NCBI GenBank assembly: GCA_964552475.1
Contig: CAZKFZ010000001.1
Coordinates: 128,621-192,620 of the forward strand
Length of the DNA stretch: 64,000 nt
From: an uncultured Candidatus Saccharibacteria bacterium
GTDB taxonomy: Bacteria; Patescibacteriota; Saccharimonadia; CAILAD01; BJGX01
Direction of reading: 5' to 3'
The translations under genes and the position numbers were made by a program. This document shows, one piece after another, positions 40,525 to 49,852 of the stretch (position 1 is the first letter of the stretch; each line of letters starts with the position of its first letter). Under the pieces are notes generated by a model. The model was not told where the DNA came from. It worked only from the letters and a program-made list of their open reading frames with translations, and did not search any database.

Positions 40525-40594
40525 CTAGGCAACTATTTTATAGAAAGTTTATTCCGCTCCACGCTAGCAATGGGTAAAAAAATTCGCTAATATG

Positions 40595-40823
40595 AAAAGC
40601 AGACCTGCCGTACGAATCGAACAGATCTGCTTATCACACCCTTTCATACCCCCAAAGAATTGGGATTTGTCAGTCTCATAATATATAAATAGACCGTGGT
40701 GATGAAAGGGAGTAATCTGCTAGCGAGAATCTAAAAGGAGGGTGAGTTTTAGACCTTGCCTCGACTAGCAGATTACTCCCTTCAATAAGTAAAAGAGCAA
40801 TAAAATATAAAGTTTTTGATTCG
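40595..40823 (-). ncRNA. Candidate novel small RNA (~230 nt)
   Basis: Own consensus promoter, 18-bp perfect stem with a C-rich apical loop, second structured domain, 3' hairpin plus UUUU, and no convincing ORF. Confidence 0.55.
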
Positions 40824-40829
40824 ACAAGT

Positions 40830-40858
40830 ATTGTATCACGCTAGTGCTTATTTGTCAA
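40830..40858 (-). promoter_or_regulatory. Consensus sigma70 promoter pointing away from dprA
   Basis: TTGACA-17 nt-TACAAT with an extended -10 TG. Confidence 0.75.
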
Positions 40859-40913
40859 TACCTTTTACAGGGTATTTTTTATATAGCTTATGCTTCTCTG
40901 ATAGAGCAGAAAT

Positions 40914-41765
40914 ATGAATATACAAGAATTTAATTATAATAGCAAGGGTTATCCAGATCTTTTGCGAAATATTTCATCTCCACCCAAGAAATTATTCTAT
41001 CTGGGTAGTATACCCAACCTACCAATGGTGGCCATAGTAGGCACACGCAAGCCGACCGAGTATGGCAAGCAAATAACCTATAAAATTGCCTACGATCTTG
41101 CCAGCGCTGGTATATGCGTCGTTAGTGGCTTAGCCTATGGCATAGATGGAATTGCGCATAGCGCAGCTTTAGATGCTGGCGGTAAAGTGGTAGCGGTACT
41201 AGGTACCCCACTTAACACAATATATCCGGTAGCAAATCGCAACTTAGCTAAGTCTATATTGTCCAAAGGTGGAGCAATTATTAGTGAGTATAGAGTTGGT
41301 ACCAGCACTCAACGATTTAATTTTCCGGCGCGAAATAGAATAATTGCCGGCCTAAGCTTGGCCACAATCGTAACCGAAGCCGATGCGCAAAGTGGTAGTC
41401 TAATTACTGCCAATTTTGCCATTACTAATGATCGAATGGTGATGGCTGTGCCAGGCAACATTACCAGCCCACGTAGCGCCGGCCCCAACAACTTAATAAA
41501 ACTAGGCGCTAGACCGGTAACCGACGCTAGTGATGTACTGGCCGAGCTAGAACTTAAAAGTACAGTTTTGAAAAGTCACAAAATTGCACCGGCTAATAAA
41601 GAAGAGGCTTTGGTCATACAGCTTATAGAAAATGGTCACGTCAACACTCACGCCATGATAGAGAATAGTGAGTTTGACGCCGCCAGGCTAGCACATGTAT
41701 TAAGCTTAATGGAGATAACCGGCAAGATTCGAAACCTTGGTGCAGGCCAATGGGTAGTAAGCTAA
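40914..41765 (+). CDS. dprA: DNA-processing protein DprA
   Basis: AIVGTR, VSGLAYGIDGIAH, FPARNRIIAGL, SGSLITA, VPGNI and a C-terminal wHTH. Confidence 0.96.
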   Translation: MNIQEFNYNSKGYPDLLRNISSPPKKLFYLGSIPNLPMVAIVGTRKPTEYGKQITYKIAYDLASAGICVVSGLAYGIDGIAHSAALDAGGKVVAVLGTPLNTIYPVANRNLAKSILSKGGAIISEYRVGTSTQRFNFPARNRIIAGLSLATIVTEADAQSGSLITANFAITNDRMVMAVPGNITSPRSAGPNNLIKLGARPVTDASDVLAELELKSTVLKSHKIAPANKEEALVIQLIENGHVNTHAMIENSEFDAARLAHVLSLMEITGKIRNLGAGQWVVS

Positions 41766-41867
41766 CTATTTTTATTTGACAATGCAATTATTCATCTGCT
41801 AATATCGGCAACTTATGCAGTTAACTTGCAAATATATTTTTAAAGCGTTAGCATAATACAAACTCTT

Positions 41868-44183
41868 ATGGCAAAAAAATTACTCATAGTAGAATCACCG
41901 GCCAAGGCTAAAACAATCGAGAAGTATCTGGGCTCAGACTACCAGGTACTTTCTAGCTATGGACACATACGAGATCTGCCCAAGAGCGGTATGAGCATTG
42001 ATATTAAAAACAACTTCGAGCCCACCTACGAAATTCCCGCTGATTCTAAAAAGACAATTTCTGCGCTCAAAAAGGCTGTAAAAAACAAAGAGGTATTTCT
42101 TGCCACCGATGAAGACCGCGAAGGGGAGGCAATTAGTTGGCATTTGTGCGAAGCACTTAAGCTTGATTATAAAACCACTAAACGTATAGTGTTTCACGAG
42201 ATCACCAAAGAGGCTTTAGTTAGCGCTGTAAGTAACCCCCGTACGGTTGATATTAACCTTGTAAATGCCCAGCAGGCTCGCCGGGTGCTTGATAGATTAG
42301 TGGGTTATGAGCTAAGCGAAGTTATATGGAAAAAAATACGGTATGGTCTGAGTGGTGGTCGTGTTCAGTCAGTTGCAGTTCGCCTAATATGCGAACGAGA
42401 GAGCGAGATTGAAGCCTTTAATGCAAATTCTACTTTTAAAGTAAGTGCGGAGTTTAATCTAGGAAAAGATGGTGTGTTACTGGCTGAACTAAAAGATAAG
42501 ATACCTTCCAAAGATGAAGCAAAGCAATTACTTGAATTATTAAAGAGCACAAAATATACAATAACGTCAGTAGAGAAAAAACCCGGTAAAAAATCTCCAT
42601 CGCCACCATTCACTACCTCAACATTACAACAGGCGGCTAGCTCTCAATTAGGCTTTTCAGTACGTCAAACCATGGTGGTTGCTCAAAAGCTTTATGAAGC
42701 CGGTAAAATTACCTATATGCGTACTGACTCACTCAACCTTTCTGATAGTGCTATCAAACAAGCTAGTAGTGTAATAAGATCAAATTTTGGTAATAAGTAC
42801 TTAAAAAATAGACATTTCAAGGCTAAATCGGCTAACGCCCAAGAAGCACATGAGGCTATTCGTCCAACTGATTTTTCTGAAGAGTTAGGTAGTGATGATT
42901 CTGGCCAACAACGCTTATATAAGCTTATTAGAGCACGGGCTTTAGCCTCACAAATGACTGATGCCGAAATCGAAAGATCGGTTGTAACCATTAATTTAAA
43001 CAACTCTGAGTACGTTTTTATTGCTAGGGGTGAGATTGTTGTTTTTGATGGTTTTTTAAAAGTTTATGGCAAGATGATAGAAGATGTTATTCTCCCACCA
43101 CTAAAAGATGGGCAGTCTCTAGATATAAAAAAGGTAACGGCTCGCGAGACCTTCGATAGGCCACCATCTAGGTATACCGAGGCAAGTTTGGTAAAAAAAT
43201 TAGAGACTGAAGGAATAGGTCGCCCAAGTACTTATGCTCCTACTATTTCAACCATACAATCTCGTGGATATGTAGAAAAAGCCAGCCGTGAAGGTGAACC
43301 GCGTAACGTAAATGTAATTACATTAGAAAACAAATCTGTAAACGAAGTTGTTGAACAAGAAAACTTTGGTGTAGAAAAAAACAAATTGTTTCCAACCGAT
43401 ACTGGGAGAGTGGTAAATGATTTTATAGTGAAGTATTTTCCGACTATAGCTGATTATAAGTTCACCGCTAAGGTAGAGGGAGAGTTTGATAAAATTGCCC
43501 AAGGCCATGAAAAATGGAAAACTATGATAGCTAATTTTTATAAACCATTTCATGAACTAATACTTAAAACCGAGGATGTTACACGCCAAGATGCCAACAA
43601 AGGAAGAGAACTAGGTAAAGATCCTAAATCTGGTAAACCGGTAATCGCTAGATTGGGTAAGTATGGGGCGATGATACAAATAGGACAAGCAGAAGACGAA
43701 GATAAGGGCGAGGGCAAACCAAAATTTGCTTCTATGCCAGCCGGTAAAACAATAGAGAGCGTCACTCTTGATGAAGCTTTAGAGATGTTTAAATTGCCAA
43801 GAGATCTAGGTAAGACAAAAGACGGCAAGGATGTTGTTGCGAGTATTGGTAGATTTGGGCCATATGTAAGGTTTGATAATACCTTTGTATCTATTAAAGA
43901 CGAAGATCCATTTACTATTACGCATAAAAAAGCCCTAGAATACATCGCTGCCAAGCAAAAAGCCGATGCCGAAAAAATAATTACTGATTTTAAAGACGAA
44001 GGTATACAGATATTGAATGGTCGCTATGGTCCTTATGTAACAGATGGAGAAACCAACGCTAAAATACCAAAAGACGTTGATCCTAAAACACTATCGGCAA
44101 AGTCAGCTCAAGAAATTATCGCAAATAAACCAAGTGGAAAACGTTCTAAGAAAACAACGTTAAAGAAAAAATCTAATAAATAG
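41868..44183 (+). CDS. topA: DNA topoisomerase I with C-terminal Toprim_C repeats
   Basis: IVESPAKAKTI, GHIRDL, DEDREGE, GRVQS, ITYMRTDS and repeated GRFGPY/GRYGPY. Confidence 0.97.
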   Translation: MAKKLLIVESPAKAKTIEKYLGSDYQVLSSYGHIRDLPKSGMSIDIKNNFEPTYEIPADSKKTISALKKAVKNKEVFLATDEDREGEAISWHLCEALKLDYKTTKRIVFHEITKEALVSAVSNPRTVDINLVNAQQARRVLDRLVGYELSEVIWKKIRYGLSGGRVQSVAVRLICERESEIEAFNANSTFKVSAEFNLGKDGVLLAELKDKIPSKDEAKQLLELLKSTKYTITSVEKKPGKKSPSPPFTTSTLQQAASSQLGFSVRQTMVVAQKLYEAGKITYMRTDSLNLSDSAIKQASSVIRSNFGNKYLKNRHFKAKSANAQEAHEAIRPTDFSEELGSDDSGQQRLYKLIRARALASQMTDAEIERSVVTINLNNSEYVFIARGEIVVFDGFLKVYGKMIEDVILPPLKDGQSLDIKKVTARETFDRPPSRYTEASLVKKLETEGIGRPSTYAPTISTIQSRGYVEKASREGEPRNVNVITLENKSVNEVVEQENFGVEKNKLFPTDTGRVVNDFIVKYFPTIADYKFTAKVEGEFDKIAQGHEKWKTMIANFYKPFHELILKTEDVTRQDANKGRELGKDPKSGKPVIARLGKYGAMIQIGQAEDEDKGEGKPKFASMPAGKTIESVTLDEALEMFKLPRDLGKTKDGKDVVASIGRFGPYVRFDNTFVSIKDEDPFTITHKKALEYIAAKQKADAEKIITDFKDEGIQILNGRYGPYVTDGETNAKIPKDVDPKTLSAKSAQEIIANKPSGKRSKKTTLKKKSNK

Positions 44184-44185
44184 CG

Positions 44186-44214
44186 TTGACCATATAGAAC
44201 TAAAGTGATATAAT
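44186..44214 (+). promoter_or_regulatory. sigma70-type promoter
   Basis: TTGACC-17 nt-TATAAT with a TG extension, ~100 nt upstream of ATG 44313. Confidence 0.7.
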
Positions 44215-44312
44215 TGAATTAAGTTATTAGTTTACAGATAGAGATATGTTTTTTATACCTGTAGATAATATGTTAAAACCACTCACTTTTTTAATCAAAG
44301 GAAACAATTTTA

Positions 44313-45380
44313 ATGCAAAATAAGTCGCAAAGTGTAGATAAAAAACAACTCGATTCATTGATTTCGGAGAGTTTAGATCTACTAAAAAAAGATCGCGATC
44401 GAGAAATACTATTACGTAGATATGGTGTGGCTACTGGTAAAACTCAAACTCTAGAACAAATAGGTAGAGACCTTGGTATAACCAGGGAGAGAGTGAGACA
44501 GATAGAAAAAGCCGCACTTACCAAGATACGTGAACAAGCCAAGCACGATCACGAACTTAGTAATATATTGGTTGCTATCACCGACAAAAGGGGTGGAATA
44601 ATTGGTTTTGCGTCACTTGTTAATGAACTTGGTTTAGACGGTAAACTAAGACCACACCTTAGCTTTCTATTAAAACTTAACCCAAATTTTACATTTCTAG
44701 ATAAGAACGATCAGCACGCTGATTTAGTCTTTTTAAGTGATAGCTATAAAGAAGATGGAGTGCGTAAGTTGCACGATCAGATAATTACTGTTGCAAGAGA
44801 AAATGGTAAACCGGTTAAATTTGATAAGCTTGTCGGTAAAATAGAGGGCGAAAATAAACCTGAAGCTCTAGAAGAATTGGCTACCGCTAGCACTCAACTA
44901 GCCAATCTAGATAATGTATGGGGTCTAAGCATTTGGCCAGAAGTAAACCCTAAGAGTATAAGAGATAAAATATATTTAGTACTAAAAAAGGGTGGAAGAC
45001 CAATGCATTTTACTGAAATTTCTACAAAAATAGCAGTAATGCCAGCAAATCCCAAGAAAGTTACAACCCAAGCGGTACATAATGAACTTATTAAAGATAG
45101 TCGCTTTGTACTAATTGGTCGCGGTATCTACGCACTAGGTGAATGGGGTTACCAAAGTGGTACGGTCGCTGATATAATAGAGGAGATCTTGCGCGAAAAC
45201 TCACCGATGAGCAGAGAAGATATTATTACCAAGGTATTAGCGCGAAGACAAGTAAAAACTACAACTATCACTCTTAACCTACAGGAAAAGCCACAATTTG
45301 AACGCACAAGCAAAGGATTTTATCAACTCAAAAAAGGATATACTGCAACCGGAGTTAAGAGTAGTCGCGGCGGACGATAG
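44313..45380 (+). CDS. Sigma-70 region 4 HTH fused to tandem winged-helix (RNAP delta/HARE-HTH-like) domains
   Basis: RDREILLRRYG..TLEQIGRDLGITRERVRQIE; PMHFTEI..TQAVHNELIKDSRFVLIGRGIYAL; no sigma region 2. Confidence 0.8.
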   Translation: MQNKSQSVDKKQLDSLISESLDLLKKDRDREILLRRYGVATGKTQTLEQIGRDLGITRERVRQIEKAALTKIREQAKHDHELSNILVAITDKRGGIIGFASLVNELGLDGKLRPHLSFLLKLNPNFTFLDKNDQHADLVFLSDSYKEDGVRKLHDQIITVARENGKPVKFDKLVGKIEGENKPEALEELATASTQLANLDNVWGLSIWPEVNPKSIRDKIYLVLKKGGRPMHFTEISTKIAVMPANPKKVTTQAVHNELIKDSRFVLIGRGIYALGEWGYQSGTVADIIEEILRENSPMSREDIITKVLARRQVKTTTITLNLQEKPQFERTSKGFYQLKKGYTATGVKSSRGGR

Positions 45381-45456
45381 GTATTTACTAGTCCATATTA
45401 GACAATTTTGTATATTTTCACATATTAAGAAAACTAAGTTCTTCTTTTAGCACCTC

Positions 45457-48177
45457 ATGAACGACATTATTTCATTAATTTCAACATTTTTTTCAGTAAT
45501 AGGCACCATTCTTTTTCAGTTTTGGGGTTGGACGCTTATTGCCGCTTACTTGGGATTTTTAATCTGGAAAAATAATAGTAAGAAAATAGAATATCTACAA
45601 AATTCTGACTTCAGTCTATTACATATTGTAATACCTAAAGACAATGAAAAAAAAGAATTGTCTGCAGAGCAAATGTTTGCTAGCTTACATGGCATATTAC
45701 AGCCTACAAGTGAATTAGAAAAGGAGAGGCGAATACAAGACCATATAAGCTTCGAGATAGTTGCTCGCGACCAGGTGATACATTTTTATGTCTGGACCCC
45801 TACTAATTTGAAGGATTTTGTAAGTAGTCAAATTTATGCTCAATACCCATCTGTACAAATAAGTGAGATGAAACACGATTATACCAGCCAAGAGGGGCTC
45901 GACCCCAATCATGTATATTCTACAGAAATAACGCTTATGAAGGATGAAATATTTCCAATTCGTACCTTTCAAACTTTTGAAGTAGACCCTTTGGCCGGAC
46001 TCACCACTGTCCTGGCATCACTATCAGATAACGAACAGATGTGGATACAATTCTTAATGGAGCCGGTCGATGACAGTTGGCACAAAAAAAGTCTTAACTA
46101 TATAAATGAAGTTATTAATGGCAAAAAGCCTAGTCGTTTTGAAAACTTAGGAAGCAAAACCGTTGGCTATGCTAAAGCGTTATCTGTTCCACCAAGTGTA
46201 CAGGCTGCAGATGCCAAAAAACCCGATAAAAAAGAACTCACACCCGGCCAAACTACCCTAAACTCCGCTATTGAAACTAAGGCAGAAAAACTTGGTTATG
46301 CAGTAAAAATACGAGCCGTATATGTAGGGGAGAGTGATGCTGCAGCAAAAACCCGTATGCAAGCCTTGGTAGGAGGATTTAAACAGTTTAATACTATTAA
46401 TTTAAATGGTTTTACTAATACCGGACTGTTAGCGGGCGACACAGCCCTAGAACAATACCAATTGAGAGAGTTTGAGGATGCTGGCTATGTTCTAAATATT
46501 GAAGAGATCGCCAGCCTATACCACTTACCACACACCAGTGTAGAGACACCAGGTGTAGCCTACACCAGCACAAAAGTAGGGGAGCCACCTAGTAACCTGC
46601 CAACTATTAACAACACTCCTGCAGAGGATATAAGCTTGTTTGGAGTTACTACTTTTAGGCAAGCCAATATGAAGTTTGGTATAAAACGTGAAGATCGTAA
46701 ACGACACATGTATATTATTGGTAAGTCTGGCAGTGGTAAATCATTTTTACTCAATTTGCTTACACTATCAGATATTTATCACAACGAAGGCTTTGCGGTA
46801 GTTGATCCGCACGGTGACTACGCTCAAGATATGTTGCGGTATATACCAGAACATCGGCTCGAAGACGTAGTATACTTTAATCCTGCTGACGGAGAGTTTC
46901 CAGTGGCGTTCAACCCTATGGAGGTTTATGATGTGAATCGCCGTAGCAACGTCGCTTCTGAAATTGTGGGGGTACTCAAAAAAATGTTCGGTGATAGTTG
47001 GGGACCACGGCTTGAACATATTTTACGCTACACACTACTGGCACTTCTTGAGACACCTAATACCACACTGCTAGGTATCACCCGTATGCTCACCGACAAA
47101 AAATATCGTAATGAAATCATCGGCAACGTAACCGACCCTGTAGTGAAGGCGTTCTGGGTGAATGAGTTTGCCAGCTGGAATGATAAGTTTGCATCAGAAG
47201 CTGTAGCTCCGGTTCTAAATAAAGTTGGGGCGTTTACAGCCAACCCACTTATACGAAATGTAATTGGACAAGAAAAGAGTACCTTTAGTATTCGTAAAAT
47301 GATGGATGAAGGTAAAATTTTAATAGTAGACCTAAGTCGCGGTAAGATTGGTGAAGACAATGCTAGTATACTTGGTAGTCTGCTAATTACAAAAATTCAG
47401 CTTGATGCTATGAGTCGTGCAGATATTCCAAATATTGACGATCGTAGGCCATTTTACTTATACGTAGATGAGTTTCAAAACTTCGCTACCGAGAGTTTTG
47501 CAGTAATTCTTTCTGAGGCACGTAAATATGGTCTTTATCTTACCGTTGCAAACCAATACATAGCTCAGATGCCCGACGAGGTCAAAGATGCCGTTTTTGG
47601 TAATGTTGGTAGTATGATTACTTTTAGGGTGGGTGCAGACGACGCCACTAGCCTGAGTCGTTATTTTGAACCAGTGTTTGAACCTTTAGATTTGGTTAAT
47701 CTAGACAAGCAAGATATATATGTCAGTATGAGTATCGATGGACAAACCAGTCTACCTTTCTCGGCTAAAACTCTTTTTGTGCCCAAAACACCAGCCGATC
47801 ACTCTAGTAAAATTCTAGAACTTAGTAGGAATAAATACTCTAGTGGACGAGCTAGCGTAGAAGAATCAATTGCCGCCTGGAGTGGTATGGAAGAGGGAAA
47901 ATCAGCGAGTGATAATAACGAAAATACAAAAACCGAACAAAAGATTTCTGGAACTGCTGCTAGCCTACCATCTCTAAAAGTGAGTGGTGCAGAGCCCAAA
48001 AAGTATAGCGAGATGGTAAAAGGTAAAAGCCAAGCAATTAGTAACCGTAGAAACGAACCTTACAAGCCTGATCAAAGCAAAGGCAACCCGACGAACAATA
48101 ACAAAAAAACTGGCAATAACTCAAACAACCACCAAGGTGGTCACAATAAACCTTTCTACCCCAAAAAGAAAAACTAG
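45457..48177 (+). CDS. Membrane-anchored TraD/TrwB/VirB4-like (FtsK-HerA superfamily) ATPase
   Basis: N-terminal TM, RHMYIIGKSGSGKS (Walker A), DPHGD, LYVDEFQNF (Walker B), EARKYGL and ANQY; disordered tail. Confidence 0.88.
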   Translation: MNDIISLISTFFSVIGTILFQFWGWTLIAAYLGFLIWKNNSKKIEYLQNSDFSLLHIVIPKDNEKKELSAEQMFASLHGILQPTSELEKERRIQDHISFEIVARDQVIHFYVWTPTNLKDFVSSQIYAQYPSVQISEMKHDYTSQEGLDPNHVYSTEITLMKDEIFPIRTFQTFEVDPLAGLTTVLASLSDNEQMWIQFLMEPVDDSWHKKSLNYINEVINGKKPSRFENLGSKTVGYAKALSVPPSVQAADAKKPDKKELTPGQTTLNSAIETKAEKLGYAVKIRAVYVGESDAAAKTRMQALVGGFKQFNTINLNGFTNTGLLAGDTALEQYQLREFEDAGYVLNIEEIASLYHLPHTSVETPGVAYTSTKVGEPPSNLPTINNTPAEDISLFGVTTFRQANMKFGIKREDRKRHMYIIGKSGSGKSFLLNLLTLSDIYHNEGFAVVDPHGDYAQDMLRYIPEHRLEDVVYFNPADGEFPVAFNPMEVYDVNRRSNVASEIVGVLKKMFGDSWGPRLEHILRYTLLALLETPNTTLLGITRMLTDKKYRNEIIGNVTDPVVKAFWVNEFASWNDKFASEAVAPVLNKVGAFTANPLIRNVIGQEKSTFSIRKMMDEGKILIVDLSRGKIGEDNASILGSLLITKIQLDAMSRADIPNIDDRRPFYLYVDEFQNFATESFAVILSEARKYGLYLTVANQYIAQMPDEVKDAVFGNVGSMITFRVGADDATSLSRYFEPVFEPLDLVNLDKQDIYVSMSIDGQTSLPFSAKTLFVPKTPADHSSKILELSRNKYSSGRASVEESIAAWSGMEEGKSASDNNENTKTEQKISGTAASLPSLKVSGAEPKKYSEMVKGKSQAISNRRNEPYKPDQSKGNPTNNNKKTGNNSNNHQGGHNKPFYPKKKN

Positions 48178-48629
48178 TAGTAGTTTTACTATAAAAAAAA
48201 TAAGTAAGCTATATAGGCTAAAAGTAGGGGAGTAAAAACAATTATAGCTCTGATCCCCCATAAAACAGAATAATCGTTCAGACAACCGGCGATGATTCGT
48301 GAAGGGTATTGAAGTATATGATTTAAAACACAAAATCTATTTTACGTAATCAATCCATCTCCCCTATATTATTGCTATTTGATTAAAACTTCATGTGATC
48401 ATTTTATATGTTACTTTATATATACCTTTAATATAATTTAGTATGATTGTCATTATGAATCTCGTTTCAAATAAATATTTCTCTTAAATGTTTCCCATAC
48501 TATTACTAAAGAACAACTAAGAATAGATTGTCAGTAAAAAGAATGCTGCTATTACTTAAATAAAGTGGATAAAGAGAAGTTTCATAGAATACATAGGTAT
48601 AATTAATCAAGTCTAGTGCATAATATACT

Positions 48630-48657
48630 TAGTCGCACAATGTATATTTTGCGTCGT
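48630..48657. other. Candidate dif-like Xer recombination site
   Basis: TAGTCGCACAA-TGTATA-TTTTGCGTCGT: 11-6-11 imperfect palindrome with a core identical to E. coli dif, located where gene orientation converges. Confidence 0.45.
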
Positions 48658-49030
48658 ATTAAGGTATTATACTTAAAATACGTATTTATATTTTAAACAT
48701 ATTTTTTTTATGATTTTTTCTCTATTTGCTCCCCTCTCTAGTATAAGCTTAGATAATCAATTCTATTGTTAACACCATGTATTTAACTAAATACATATAC
48801 ATACAAAAACCGAACGTAATATAAAAGTGAATTGAGGACGTATTTAGCTAGATCTAAATAACTAAGTACTATATATTATAAAAAATGCCAAAGCCTAAAT
48901 GACTAAAGTATCTATACTTAAGACTTTTATCCGTAATTATATTAGGTTAAAAGTTATCCACAGTCGAATTATAGGGTCGCAAAATAGCTGTAGTATATTT
49001 TACAATAATACCCTCACCGTCTCGCTTCCC

Positions 49031-49852
49031 CTACTTGTAGAATACCCTACCATTAATACGTAGATCTATATATTCTTTAGGCGCTTTATTTTGTTTTTTT
49101 AGTTCATCAAGTACCGTCACTAGGTCGGTTAACTGCTCGCCCACTGGCCTGGTAGTATCAAATCGTATCTTGTAACCCTGTTGAGTCAGTACAAATAACT
49201 CCGTCGTGGTTTCCTGAACTTGGTACTCAGCGACTTTAACCCCATTTTCAGGTAGTTTAGCATGGAGTTGTTCTACAAAAGCCACAAAGCTTTCGGCTAG
49301 AGCTACCTCCCCTGTTTTTACCGGCAAGTTGGATGTATCTACCACTGTTGGCAAGCTACCCTTTAATTCTTCGCTTGGTTCCCCACTGTACGCATGCCCA
49401 TTACTTGAGAAAACTGATATTACATTGCCGGACTTCCAAAGCAAACTCGGCTTTTGTTCGGTTATTGTTACTTTTAGCTTATTTGGGTATATTCGGTCTA
49501 TTTTCGTATTTGCTATCTGATAATTATTTTTCTTGAGTTGGTTGTCGACATTCTGTAACGATGCGAAAAAGATGTTTTGCGAGATTGGCGAACCGCCAAT
49601 AATCTCCATTACCTGAGTTCTTATAGTTGACTCAGCTACCGTTTGGTTGCCGACTACCTCTATTTTTTGAATTCTAAAAAAACTAGAAGCTACTACAAAG
49701 TAAAAAACAAATCCAAAAACCGTGATATATATAATTGGTCGAATAAATCGCTTGGGAGTTGACTTAGATTTTTCTTTTTTGACTTGTTCTAGTTTCTTAT
49801 ATCCAACCTGATTAGAGTTGGTTACTCTTCTTACCCTTCTGCGCTCCTTCAT
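49031..49852 (-). CDS. ftsQ: Cell division protein FtsQ/DivIB
   Basis: Basic N-terminus, TM, POTRA FRIQKIEVVGN, YPNKLKVTITE and EYIDLR; last gene of the dcw cluster. Confidence 0.85.
   Translation of the reverse strand: MKERRRVRRVTNSNQVGYKKLEQVKKEKSKSTPKRFIRPIIYITVFGFVFYFVVASSFFRIQKIEVVGNQTVAESTIRTQVMEIIGGSPISQNIFFASLQNVDNQLKKNNYQIANTKIDRIYPNKLKVTITEQKPSLLWKSGNVISVFSSNGHAYSGEPSEELKGSLPTVVDTSNLPVKTGEVALAESFVAFVEQLHAKLPENGVKVAEYQVQETTTELFVLTQQGYKIRFDTTRPVGEQLTDLVTVLDELKKQNKAPKEYIDLRINGRVFYK

Noticed and set aside
40565-40790. Tiny ORFs in the sRNA region (MRLTNPNSLGV, a 27-aa MKGCDK..., MKGSNLLARI, LPRLADYSLQ) as a type I toxin
   Set aside because: None combines a proper SD with a toxin-like hydrophobic helix, and the longest crosses the terminator hairpin. 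Not fully excluded.
45457-48177. Conjugative element/ICE
   Set aside because: No relaxase, integrase, mating-pair genes or att repeats; it is flanked by housekeeping genes.
48178-49030. oriC or CRISPR array in the AT-rich gap
   Set aside because: There are no regularly spaced repeats, only one perfect DnaA box and no dnaA nearby, and gene orientation converges rather than diverges. oriC is kept only as a lesser alternative.
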